DNA of 64,000 nt from a virus (Duplodnaviria; Caudoviricetes): IMG/VR virus record IMGVR_UViG_3300034104_005580, positions 8 through 64,007 of that record; one strand, 5' to 3'. Position numbers and translations under genes: made by a program. Below are positions 19,090 through 27,523 of the stretch, in pieces. The notes under the pieces were generated by a model. That model was given only the letters and a program-made list of their open reading frames with translations. It ran no database searches and was not told the origin of the DNA. Position 1 is the stretch's first letter. The number at the start of each line of letters is the position of its first letter.

Positions 19090-19656
19090 GTGGAGCTGCT
19101 CACCACTCGCGATCTGTTCGGCTCGGATACCACCCTCTCCCGGCTCTCCATCCGGTGGGGGGTCTGGGGGTACGCCCGCCCACCCGTGGGATGGACCCAG
19201 GACCCGACGAAGGTGAAGCTGGGGGAGTGGCTCAACTACGGCTTCGTCTGCGAGGACCAGGATCGGGGGCTCGACTCCTCGATCCCGGCGACCCTCACCC
19301 GGAAGGTGAAGAAGGAGACCGCGATCCCGGTGGGCCGGTACCGCTTGCGGAGGACGTGGTCTCCGAAGTTCCAGAAGCTCGTCATGGAGGTCCAGCGGGT
19401 CCCTGCCTTCCAGGGGATCAGGGTCCACCCGGGGAAGAACGACGACTGGACCGAGGGATGCCCCCTCCCTGGCTTCACCCGTGACCCCTCCACCTGGACC
19501 ATCGGGAAGAGCCCGGAGGCCGCGAAGTGGCTGGACGAGCGAGTGGCCGAGTGCGAGACCCGAGGGGAGGAGTGCTACTGGGAGGTCACCCGGGACCCCG
19601 TGGCGTGGGCGAAGGCCCTGGCCACCCTGCCCCACCTCGCGGACCTCCCCAGGTAG
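19090..19656 (+). CDS. DUF5675-family protein, candidate endolysin (L,D-peptidase-like)
   Basis: ETAIPVGRY, SPKF, GIRVHPG...TEGCPLPG. Confidence 0.75.
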   Translation: MELLTTRDLFGSDTTLSRLSIRWGVWGYARPPVGWTQDPTKVKLGEWLNYGFVCEDQDRGLDSSIPATLTRKVKKETAIPVGRYRLRRTWSPKFQKLVMEVQRVPAFQGIRVHPGKNDDWTEGCPLPGFTRDPSTWTIGKSPEAAKWLDERVAECETRGEECYWEVTRDPVAWAKALATLPHLADLPR

Positions 19657-19722
19657 CCCGGCGCGGGGATAGGATGGAACCGGAGAAGCCAGCGGGCTAC
19701 TATTCTCCGAGGAGTCTCCACC

Positions 19723-20232
19723 ATGAAGATCGCCGTTGTCGGTTCCTTGCGCCAGGAGGACGAGCACCTCCTGGGATGCACCGCCATCCTGGCCGGTCCC
19801 ACGAGCCGCTGGCTGGGGGCGTGGTACGGCTCGGAGGCCAAGGTCTACCGCGAGGGCTTCCACCTCCTGGAAGGGGTCGCCCTGGCCGTGGGTCCGGATG
19901 CCGTGGCCCTCGCCTCCCAGGTGGCCGGGTGCCCCTACCCGGTGGTGCTCGTGGCCTACACCGGGACCGAGCCCGCCACCCTCCTGGAGGAGGCCGTGAA
20001 GCTTCGCCGGGAGATGGGGCAGGCGGTCCACCTCTTCGTCCTCACGCCCACCTTCGGCTCCTGGATGGAGGTGAAGTGCGGGGCCGTCCACTTCTTCGGT
20101 GGCTACCCCGAGCGTGCCCCAGACCCCGCGCCTCCCCTGATCCCCCTGGGGGAGGTGGTGGCGGTGGAGGAGACCAAGGTGAAGGAGAAGGGCGAGAAGG
20201 GCGAGAAGGGCGAGAAGAAGGGGAAGGCGTAG
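19723..20232 (+). CDS. Hypothetical protein
   Basis: GAGGAG RBS; clean ORF. Confidence 0.6.
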   Translation: MKIAVVGSLRQEDEHLLGCTAILAGPTSRWLGAWYGSEAKVYREGFHLLEGVALAVGPDAVALASQVAGCPYPVVLVAYTGTEPATLLEEAVKLRREMGQAVHLFVLTPTFGSWMEVKCGAVHFFGGYPERAPDPAPPLIPLGEVVAVEETKVKEKGEKGEKGEKKGKA

Positions 20233-20847
20233 ATGTCGATCACCGCCCTCTCCGGGAGCCGCTACACCCTCCAGCGACTCACCCCCTTCCTTCTGGAGGC
20301 CGTGACCGCCGCCGGTGGAGGGCACGCCCCCACTCGCCAGCCGCCCGCCCCCAGCTCGGTCCAGGTGAAGGCCACGGCGGCCGGGACGGTGGTGGTCGCT
20401 GGGGTGGTGGATGGCTCCTCCACCTCGGAGACCCTCACCTTCACCGCCGGTGGCGGGTACCGGGCCACGGCTCGCCGCTTCACCTCGGTCACCACGATCA
20501 CCCCCACCGGGGCCCTGGTCGGCACCACCTTCTCCGCGAAGTTCCTGGGGGCCGATGGTTCGGTGAACCCGAAGCTGATGGCCAACGTGGCCACCGGGGT
20601 CCCTGGGGCCTTCTCGCCCGGCACCCCGAAGTGGGTGAACCAGCGGGACGTGAGGGTGGAGAGCCGACAGGCGATGATCGGGATCGACTACCGGACGGAC
20701 CTGGAGCCGAAGCGAGGGGACTACCTTCTGGACGAGGACACCGCCGAGAGGTGGCAGGTGGAAGGCTCGCTCCTCCTTCGGGGCGGGATGATCCCCCACC
20801 ACTGGGAGGTCCACGTTTCCCTCCGAGACGGGGAAGCCCCGGAATAG
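20233..20847 (+). CDS. Putative virion protein (head-closure-like C-terminus)
   Basis: Position in the head-tail module; C-terminal pattern GD.L.D....RWQV...HHWEV. Confidence 0.5.
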   Translation: MSITALSGSRYTLQRLTPFLLEAVTAAGGGHAPTRQPPAPSSVQVKATAAGTVVVAGVVDGSSTSETLTFTAGGGYRATARRFTSVTTITPTGALVGTTFSAKFLGADGSVNPKLMANVATGVPGAFSPGTPKWVNQRDVRVESRQAMIGIDYRTDLEPKRGDYLLDEDTAERWQVEGSLLLRGGMIPHHWEVHVSLRDGEAPE

Positions 20848-20908
20848 TGGACGGCCCGGCTTCTCGTGTTACCCTGGACGGGCAACCCCAGTCTCCCAGG
20901 AGGAGCCC

Positions 20909-23900
20909 GTGCGTGACCCCGCCTCTCTCTCGGCCGAACGTGAGGCCCTTGCCTCTCCCTTCACCTACGGGGTGGTCATCCCGACCATCGCCACCCCGGA
21001 GGTCCTGATCCCCACCCTTCGGCGGCTCGTGAGCCACCTCCCCACGGACGAGGGGGTGATCATCGCCCTCTGCCTGAACCCGGTCCCGGCGAACCTCGCC
21101 CGCATCCGGGAGGTGGAGTCCGAGCTGGAGGCCCTCTCCCAGGCCCTGGAGGGGACCCCGCACGATCTGGTCTGGATGAACGAGGGGAAGGCCACCGGCT
21201 TCGGGCTCGCCTCCAACCGGGCGATCCAGATCATGCTGGACCGGGCCGGTCTCCCCGACCTCACCGTGATCTTCAACGATGACCTCCGGGTCACTCCCGG
21301 GTGGCTCCAGGGCTTGAAGAAGGCGGCCTCCACCACCTTCGTCCGCCTCGTCTCCGAGCCTCCGTCCGAGGCCCCGGACGATGGCCGGGTGCTCCAGCAG
21401 GTGGGAGGGAAGGACGTGGGGGTCCGCCCGAGGCGGCCTCTGGAGGGCTACGGCCGGATCGGCATCGTGGGCCCGTGCTCGGTGAACGTGGCGGGCATCC
21501 AGTCCGTGAGCGCCGAGGCGCAGATCACCGAGAAGAACGCCGACCACTTCTCCAGCCTCTTCCGCCGGGACAACTCCGGGGAGTACCTCTCGGCCTCCTT
21601 CCTCTCCGGCTTCTGCATGGCCCTCACGGCGGAGTGCCTTCTGGACCTCTCCTACCGTGGGGAGGATGGGAAGGTGATCGGGGTCTTCGACGGCGAGCGG
21701 TACCCGGTGGCGGGCTACGAGGACAACGATCTTTGCGTCCGGGCGGAGCGCCAGGGATGGCGGCTCCTCGTGGACGGGGAGACCTTCATCTTCCACCTCG
21801 GACACCAGAGCTTCGACAAGTTCTTCCCGGGCATGGACCGGGGGATGCGGAACCGGCTCGCGTATTACGAGAAGCACCGGGCCGAGAGCCGGAACGGGCC
21901 GACCCAGAAGGTGGTGGCGGTGTACCGGGTGAAGGTGGAGACCGGGAACGACATCGGCTACCTCCGCGCCTCCATGGTCGGGATGTCCCGGCTCGTGGAT
22001 GGCTTCGCGATCCTCCTCACCGAGAACCCCGCCGAGTGCTCCCGCTCCCCGGACTTCCGGGCGTGCCTCCCCTCCTTCGGGGACCATGATCGGGCGTGGC
22101 TCCAGGCGTGCGTGGATGCCACGAAGGAGAAGGGCGGCGGCTTGAAGGCCGTGGCCGAGGCCACCCGCCGGTGGGTGATCCAGACCCTTCGCCTCCAGGC
22201 CAAGGACCAGGGGGGCCGCGAGGTGCCCGTGAAGGTCCGGTGCTGGGAGGGGGACTTCAACGAGCGCGAGGAGCGGAACGGAGTGATCGCCCTCGGTGAG
22301 TCCATGGGAGCCGACTGGCTCTGGTCGGTGGACCACGACGAGCTTCCGGAGGAGCGCGTGCGCCGTGCTCACCTGGACCGCTGGCTCTCCCACCCGGACC
22401 CGATGGTCCAGGAGTGGGACTTCTCCTGGCTCAACCACTGGGACTCCGAGAGGATGATCCGGGTGGACTCCCCGTGGGGCGATGCCGTGAACGGGCGGCC
22501 GACCTACCGGGGCGGGATGCACGGCTTCCGTTTGTGGAAGGTCAACAAGGCGTTTCCGCGCCGCATCCAGGCCGGTGGCTTCAACGGCTTGCATTGCGGC
22601 AACTGCCCGGAGATGGGTCCCCAGGCCAAGCGGGTGGCGGGCTTCCGGTTCCGGCACCTCGGCTACCTCCGCCACTTCGACCGGGTGAGGAAGCTCCGCC
22701 GGTACGGCGAGCAGGACCCGAACCCCGATCCGTGGCTCGTGGGTGCCGATGGATACGGCCACCTCGTCCAGGAGGAGGGGGCGGTCTTCTACCCCTACGT
22801 GGAGGTGAACGGGATGGGGCTCCACGTCCTGGTCTACGAGAAGGAGGACCCGGACGATCTGGGGCGGCTCCTGGACTACCTCTACGGCGTGGTGGACGCC
22901 GTGGTCCTCACCTGGACCGGCGAGTGGGCCGAGGGGGATCGTGGCTGGACCTCGGACCCGGAGGCCCCCTGGTCCCTGGAGGAGTGGCCCTCCACCGGGC
23001 CGAGCCGTGAGCTGGCGAAGTATGCCTCCCTCTTCCGGGCTCGCTTCATCCACCACCCCCTGGCCGACAATATCGCGGAAGCTCGCAACGCCGGTATCCG
23101 CGAGCTGGCTCGCATCGGGAAGGAGGAGCTGCCCGGGATCGGGTGGTCCCTCTTCATCGACCCGGACGAGCACTTCCAGGCTCCTCACGAGGAGATGGTG
23201 GCCCTGCGCCGGATGGCCGAGGTGTCGAACGGGTGGGGGTGGCTCTTCCGTTACCACAACCTCCAGCCCGCCGGGCCCCCCACCTCCTCGGAGTCCGTGC
23301 GGCTCTCCCGCATCGACCCGGAGGGACTGATGGTGATGAACGGGCGGGTGCATGAAGGGTTCGACCACGCCACCCAGGCCCTCCTGGCTCGCGGCGAGCA
23401 CCCCCAGCTTCGCTACTCGCCCTTCGTCCTGCTCAACGCCGGGCAGAAGGTGAGCGACCTCCGGATGGAGCAGAAGCTGGACCACTACATCCACCTGCTC
23501 CGCCTGGAGCTGGCGGACGATCCCTACTCCGCGAAGGCGTGGGTGAGCCTCGGCCTCCACGCCGAGAACCAGGGGGACGAGAATACGGCCATGGAGTGCT
23601 ACCGGCGGGCGATGCTCTGCCCCGGCAACTCCTACCTGCCGTTCAAGGAGGCGGGCTTCTACCACCTCCGGATGGCCCGGATCATGGTCTCCGAGGTGGT
23701 GGCCCGCACGGCGGGCTCCCACGGGTACCACCGGATCGCCCAGGAGATGCTCGCTTGGCTCCAGGAGAACGCTCCGGAGCGGCCCCTGGTCGGGATGGCC
23801 CGGGTGGACGGCTCCTCCAGGAAGGGGCTCTCCTTCGACCTCCCGGACTTCCCGGACCCGACCATCCCCCCGGCGGTGCCCACCGATCCCGGTGAGCCCG

Positions 23901-23929
23901 TGGCCGAGCCTACCCCCCCGGGGGAGTAG
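20909..23929 (+). CDS. Multi-domain GT2/GT-A glycosyltransferase with TPR-like tail
   Basis: Three DxD-type modules: VVIPT/FNDD/GYEDNDL; WSVDHDE/RHLGY; ARNAG/FIDPDE/GRVHE; helical C-terminus. Confidence 0.85.
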   Translation: MRDPASLSAEREALASPFTYGVVIPTIATPEVLIPTLRRLVSHLPTDEGVIIALCLNPVPANLARIREVESELEALSQALEGTPHDLVWMNEGKATGFGLASNRAIQIMLDRAGLPDLTVIFNDDLRVTPGWLQGLKKAASTTFVRLVSEPPSEAPDDGRVLQQVGGKDVGVRPRRPLEGYGRIGIVGPCSVNVAGIQSVSAEAQITEKNADHFSSLFRRDNSGEYLSASFLSGFCMALTAECLLDLSYRGEDGKVIGVFDGERYPVAGYEDNDLCVRAERQGWRLLVDGETFIFHLGHQSFDKFFPGMDRGMRNRLAYYEKHRAESRNGPTQKVVAVYRVKVETGNDIGYLRASMVGMSRLVDGFAILLTENPAECSRSPDFRACLPSFGDHDRAWLQACVDATKEKGGGLKAVAEATRRWVIQTLRLQAKDQGGREVPVKVRCWEGDFNEREERNGVIALGESMGADWLWSVDHDELPEERVRRAHLDRWLSHPDPMVQEWDFSWLNHWDSERMIRVDSPWGDAVNGRPTYRGGMHGFRLWKVNKAFPRRIQAGGFNGLHCGNCPEMGPQAKRVAGFRFRHLGYLRHFDRVRKLRRYGEQDPNPDPWLVGADGYGHLVQEEGAVFYPYVEVNGMGLHVLVYEKEDPDDLGRLLDYLYGVVDAVVLTWTGEWAEGDRGWTSDPEAPWSLEEWPSTGPSRELAKYASLFRARFIHHPLADNIAEARNAGIRELARIGKEELPGIGWSLFIDPDEHFQAPHEEMVALRRMAEVSNGWGWLFRYHNLQPAGPPTSSESVRLSRIDPEGLMVMNGRVHEGFDHATQALLARGEHPQLRYSPFVLLNAGQKVSDLRMEQKLDHYIHLLRLELADDPYSAKAWVSLGLHAENQGDENTAMECYRRAMLCPGNSYLPFKEAGFYHLRMARIMVSEVVARTAGSHGYHRIAQEMLAWLQENAPERPLVGMARVDGSSRKGLSFDLPDFPDPTIPPAVPTDPGEPVAEPTPPGE

Positions 23930-23966
23930 TCCCACCACCGAGATAGAAGCGGAGTAGAGTTCATCC

Positions 23967-24548
23967 ATGATTCGCGTAAAGGTCGGAGGCGTTGCCGCCA
24001 CCATTCAGGCCATGCGGCTCGTTCGGACCACCGAGCAAGCCGTGAAGGACCGCGTGGTGGAGGCGGCGGGTTCCACCCTTCTCCGCTACGTGAGGATGAC
24101 CGGGGGGATCAAGGACGGCCACGGCCAGCCCGAGCTGGACGCCCTGGACAATCCCTACGCCACTCGCCACGGATCGATCCAGGAGGCCGCCCTGGGACAT
24201 ACCGGGTGGTGGGTCCACTCCCAGAGTGGCCAGCTCCTTCGGGCCCTTCGTGGGGCTCCGATGGGAGCGAGCTATCTGGTCTTCGCGGATACCTCGGTGG
24301 CCCCTCACGCCCAGGCGGTAATCCAAGGGACGAGGGTGATGTTCGCCCGAGACTTTATCTGGATCACCGCCAACCTTCGCCCGGTCAGGATCGAGATGAT
24401 GCGGGCGATGGTCCGGGTGCTGGGGAAGGAGCTACGGACGAAGGCTCACGTTCGCTTCTCCGATGGGATGGGGGTGAGCCTCTCCCCTGGTCGGGATGGT
24501 TCCGGTAAGTTCACGAAGGGCGGCCTGCCCGCCGGAGGAGGAGCGTAG
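23967..24548 (+). CDS. Putative neck/tail-completion protein
   Basis: Position; basic; SGQLLRAL...QGTRVM.AR resembling HK97 gp10-like proteins. Confidence 0.55.
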   Translation: MIRVKVGGVAATIQAMRLVRTTEQAVKDRVVEAAGSTLLRYVRMTGGIKDGHGQPELDALDNPYATRHGSIQEAALGHTGWWVHSQSGQLLRALRGAPMGASYLVFADTSVAPHAQAVIQGTRVMFARDFIWITANLRPVRIEMMRAMVRVLGKELRTKAHVRFSDGMGVSLSPGRDGSGKFTKGGLPAGGGA

Positions 24549-24986
24549 ATGTCCGTATACCCGACCGAAGAGGTGCTCTCCCTCGTGCGGCTCCTCCTTC
24601 TGGAGACCTCCGGGGTCTCCTCCATCGTGGAGGACCGGATCACCGGGCCCTTCGGGGACCGCACCGGGGCCGTGGAGGGGGAGGACCTCTACCCCCGGGT
24701 GGTAGTGGACCTCGTGGGTGGTGGGGGCTACGGCTTCGGCGGCCTCCAGGCTCCCCTCCTCCACGTCTACGCCTACTCCCGGACCTCCCAGGGGGATGCT
24801 CACCACCTCTTCGACGCCATCCGGCCCGCGCTCCGGAGGGCTCGCCTCTCCAGGGAGGGGGTCACCGTGAAGGGGTCGATCCAGGAAGTGGACTCCCCCA
24901 CCACCGGGTGGAACCCCCAGACCGGGGCGTGGTTCACCCGTGGCTCCTACCGCGTCATGGCCACCGCCCTCCCAGCCTCGGCATAG
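24549..24986 (+). CDS. Tail terminator-like protein
   Basis: 145 aa; RI...YPRVV; upstream of the tail tube. Confidence 0.65.
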   Translation: MSVYPTEEVLSLVRLLLLETSGVSSIVEDRITGPFGDRTGAVEGEDLYPRVVVDLVGGGGYGFGGLQAPLLHVYAYSRTSQGDAHHLFDAIRPALRRARLSREGVTVKGSIQEVDSPTTGWNPQTGAWFTRGSYRVMATALPASA

Positions 24987-25004
24987 CCGAGAAGTGAGCT
25001 TCTG

Positions 25005-25196
25005 ATGTTTACTCGCGACTCCACCCCCATGGCCCAGCCCCCGAAGGGCGGCACCACCGTCCGGTGCGGAAAGGGCCACGCGGTCACCACCCTCTCGGCG
25101 AGGTCCCAGATCGGCGTGGGCTCGCTCCGCTCCTTCACCTGCCCGGAGTGCTCCGAGGTGGTGCGCGTGAAGGTGAAGGAGGCGTCCGATGGCTGA
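25005..25196 (+). CDS. Small Zn-ribbon protein
   Basis: CGKGH...CPEC. Confidence 0.55.
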   Translation: MFTRDSTPMAQPPKGGTTVRCGKGHAVTTLSARSQIGVGSLRSFTCPECSEVVRVKVKEASDG

Positions 25197-25530
25197 TCTG
25201 GAAACCGCCCTCCGAGCCGCCCTCCGGCGGATCGATGCCCTGGAGACCGAGGTGATCGCCCCCCTCGTGGCCACGGTCCAGCTCCTGGACCGGAAGGTGC
25301 GGGACTCCTCCGAGGACGAGGAGCCCGGGGTCCAGAAGGGACACCAGCCCTGGAAGTGCGAGGGATGCCGGGGGCTCCTCGGCTATTACGATACCGTCCG
25401 AGACGTGCTCCGCATCCGGGTCAAGGACTACCACGTCCAGGTCCAGGTGGGAGAGAAGGGATGGGTGGAGGTGCCCTGCCGCCGGTGCGGTCACCCGAAC
25501 CGCCAGGGGTATTCCCCTCCCCGGGGTTAG
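25189..25530 (+). CDS. Zn-ribbon protein (Mu Com-like)
   Basis: KCEGCRGLLG...VEVPCRRCGHPN. Confidence 0.6.
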   Translation: MADLETALRAALRRIDALETEVIAPLVATVQLLDRKVRDSSEDEEPGVQKGHQPWKCEGCRGLLGYYDTVRDVLRIRVKDYHVQVQVGEKGWVEVPCRRCGHPNRQGYSPPRG

Positions 25531-25636
25531 GCTCCGCCCCAGCTTGGATCGTAGCTTCACGGTGGGCTAACCTCCCCTCCAGGAAGCCGCCCGAGAGGCG
25601 CACCCAGCCCGCCACCCCGATCTGGAGTTCGCCCCC

Positions 25637-26191
25637 ATGCCGCTCAATCTCCCCACCTACGACGAGAACAAGTTTTCGTTCGGCCCCGGCGTCATCTTCT
25701 TCGGGGCGACCGGCTCGACCCCGACCACCGAGGTCGGCGCGATCACCGAGGACGGGGTGAACATCGAGATCACCTCCGAGAAGAAGGTGATCACGGCGGG
25801 GAACCCGAAGGTGCCGATCTACGCCTTCTCCCAGAGCCAGGGAGCCAAGGTCTCGTTCTCCGGCATCCAGTGGAATTTTGACCATATGGCGAAGGCCCTG
25901 GGAGCTGGCACCACCACCTCGGCAGGTGGGGAGGACTCCTTCTCCTTCGGTGGCGATCCCATCGTCTCCCAGGTGGCCGTGAAGGTCCAGCACGCCATGG
26001 CGGTCACCGGGCACACGATGAACGTCTACCTCTGGAAGGCATACTCCGAGGCGGGCATGGCCATCGGCATGGGCGCGGACGAGCACAAGTTCCCCCACTC
26101 CTACATGGCCATGCGCTCGGCCACGGACTGGGCCGGGACGACCCTCACGTACCGCCAGCAGCTCTTCAAGCTCGTCAAGCAGACGGCGTAG
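25637..26191 (+). CDS. Major tail tube protein
   Basis: FSFGPG..F..., G...DGV; 184 aa; upstream of chaperones and tape measure. Confidence 0.8.
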   Translation: MPLNLPTYDENKFSFGPGVIFFGATGSTPTTEVGAITEDGVNIEITSEKKVITAGNPKVPIYAFSQSQGAKVSFSGIQWNFDHMAKALGAGTTTSAGGEDSFSFGGDPIVSQVAVKVQHAMAVTGHTMNVYLWKAYSEAGMAIGMGADEHKFPHSYMAMRSATDWAGTTLTYRQQLFKLVKQTA

Positions 26192-26200
26192 GGGATCACG

Positions 26201-26473
26201 ATGCTCCTCCTCCTCCTCCTGGCCTGCCCGACTCTCCCTCCGGAAGCTCCTCCCCTGGAGCCTCCGAAGGACGAGCCGCCCGAGGTGGCACCGGCCGAGC
26301 CCACGCCCGAGCCGACCGCCACCTTCCAGGACTTCGTGGCTCACGAGCCCGAGGCCCTCCCGGTGGCCACGCCTCCGGTGCCTGTCCAGGTGCCTCCCCA
26401 GGAGCCCGCCGGAGAGGTGGAGCCGAAGCCCTCCCCCACCGGGAAGCCCCTGGGGCCACCCGCTCCCGGGTAG
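26201..26473 (+). CDS. Pro/Glu-rich putative lipoprotein
   Basis: MLLLLLLAC lipobox followed by a Pro-rich body. Confidence 0.55.
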   Translation: MLLLLLLACPTLPPEAPPLEPPKDEPPEVAPAEPTPEPTATFQDFVAHEPEALPVATPPVPVQVPPQEPAGEVEPKPSPTGKPLGPPAPG

Positions 26474-26559
26474 CTTTCCCTCCCTCGGAGTGGACGTGGC
26501 GATAGCGGCGGAGTAGGCTTGCGGGGTAACCCTCCAGCCTCCCCAGAGGAGCCCCCGCC

Positions 26560-27108
26560 ATGGACGAAGCCGTCACCCCCTCCGATACCACCACCCCCAC
26601 GGTGGAGAAGACCGATCCCGTGAAGGCCCTCCAGGCCATCCGGGACCTCTTCGCCATCCTGGAGCCGAAGGACCTCGTGACCGTGGAGGCCGCCTCCGGG
26701 CGTACCTACACGCTCCGCACGGTCCTCCCGGCTCGCCGCCAGATCAAGGCCCTCCGCCTCCTGGAGGAGGCCATGGAGGCCGCCTGGGAGACCAAGGCCC
26801 CCCAGAGCGTGCCCGGAGAGGGAGGGCGCTTCCTCGCCCTCGTGAAGGCCGCCCTGGCGAACGAGTCGATCCTGGAGAAGGCCGCCGAAGCCTTCGGGGT
26901 CGCCTTCCAGGAGGTGGTGGAGAAGGAGGCCCTGGCCTCGGAGATGAAGGTGAGCCCCACGGTGGCGGCTGACCTCTTCCCCGTGGAGGCCATGGTGGAA
27001 GCCTTGCTCCCTTTGCTCGCCCGCCTCGTCACGAAGGCCCTGGAGACGATGGAGGCGGTGAAGACGAAGGGCCCGAGCGGGAAGATCGGGATCACGCCCG
27101 AGAGCTGA
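26560..27108 (+). CDS. Tail assembly chaperone (G-like)
   Basis: Lies between tail tube and tape measure; GAGGAG RBS. Confidence 0.7.
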   Translation: MDEAVTPSDTTTPTVEKTDPVKALQAIRDLFAILEPKDLVTVEAASGRTYTLRTVLPARRQIKALRLLEEAMEAAWETKAPQSVPGEGGRFLALVKAALANESILEKAAEAFGVAFQEVVEKEALASEMKVSPTVAADLFPVEAMVEALLPLLARLVTKALETMEAVKTKGPSGKIGITPES

Positions 27109-27152
27109 AACTGGGGCTGGGGGTCCTCCTCTCGGCTGGCCAGTCCTGGTCG

Positions 27153-27449
27153 ATGATCATGGACGAGATGACCATGGACCAGATCGCCCTGGCCGCCGAG
27201 TGCATTACCCTCGCCCGGGTGGAGTTCATTCGCGCTACCATCGTCTCTCCGGCGGAGCAGATTCTGGAGCAGTTCGTGGGGGCCACCCTCACCGGCACCG
27301 AGCCGGAGACGGAGTCCAACCGAGCCGCCCGAGCTGCCGCCCGGCGGGCGGGGGCTCGCCCGAAGAAGTCCACCCGGACGCCGGAGGAGAGGGACGCCAA
27401 CATCATGGCGGTCGCGGCCCGGTGGGGCATGACCATCGAGTCCGCCTAA
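27153..27449 (+). CDS. Tail assembly chaperone extension (T-like, probably reached by -1 frameshift)
   Basis: In the -1 frame, which is open across the end of the upstream gene. Confidence 0.6.
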   Translation: MIMDEMTMDQIALAAECITLARVEFIRATIVSPAEQILEQFVGATLTGTEPETESNRAARAAARRAGARPKKSTRTPEERDANIMAVAARWGMTIESA

Positions 27450-27523
27450 CCCTCCGGGGGGGAGAGTAGGCCCGAAGCCGGAACGCGAGCTATCTTCCAG
27501 CCGAACCCCAGGAGGGTCACCCC

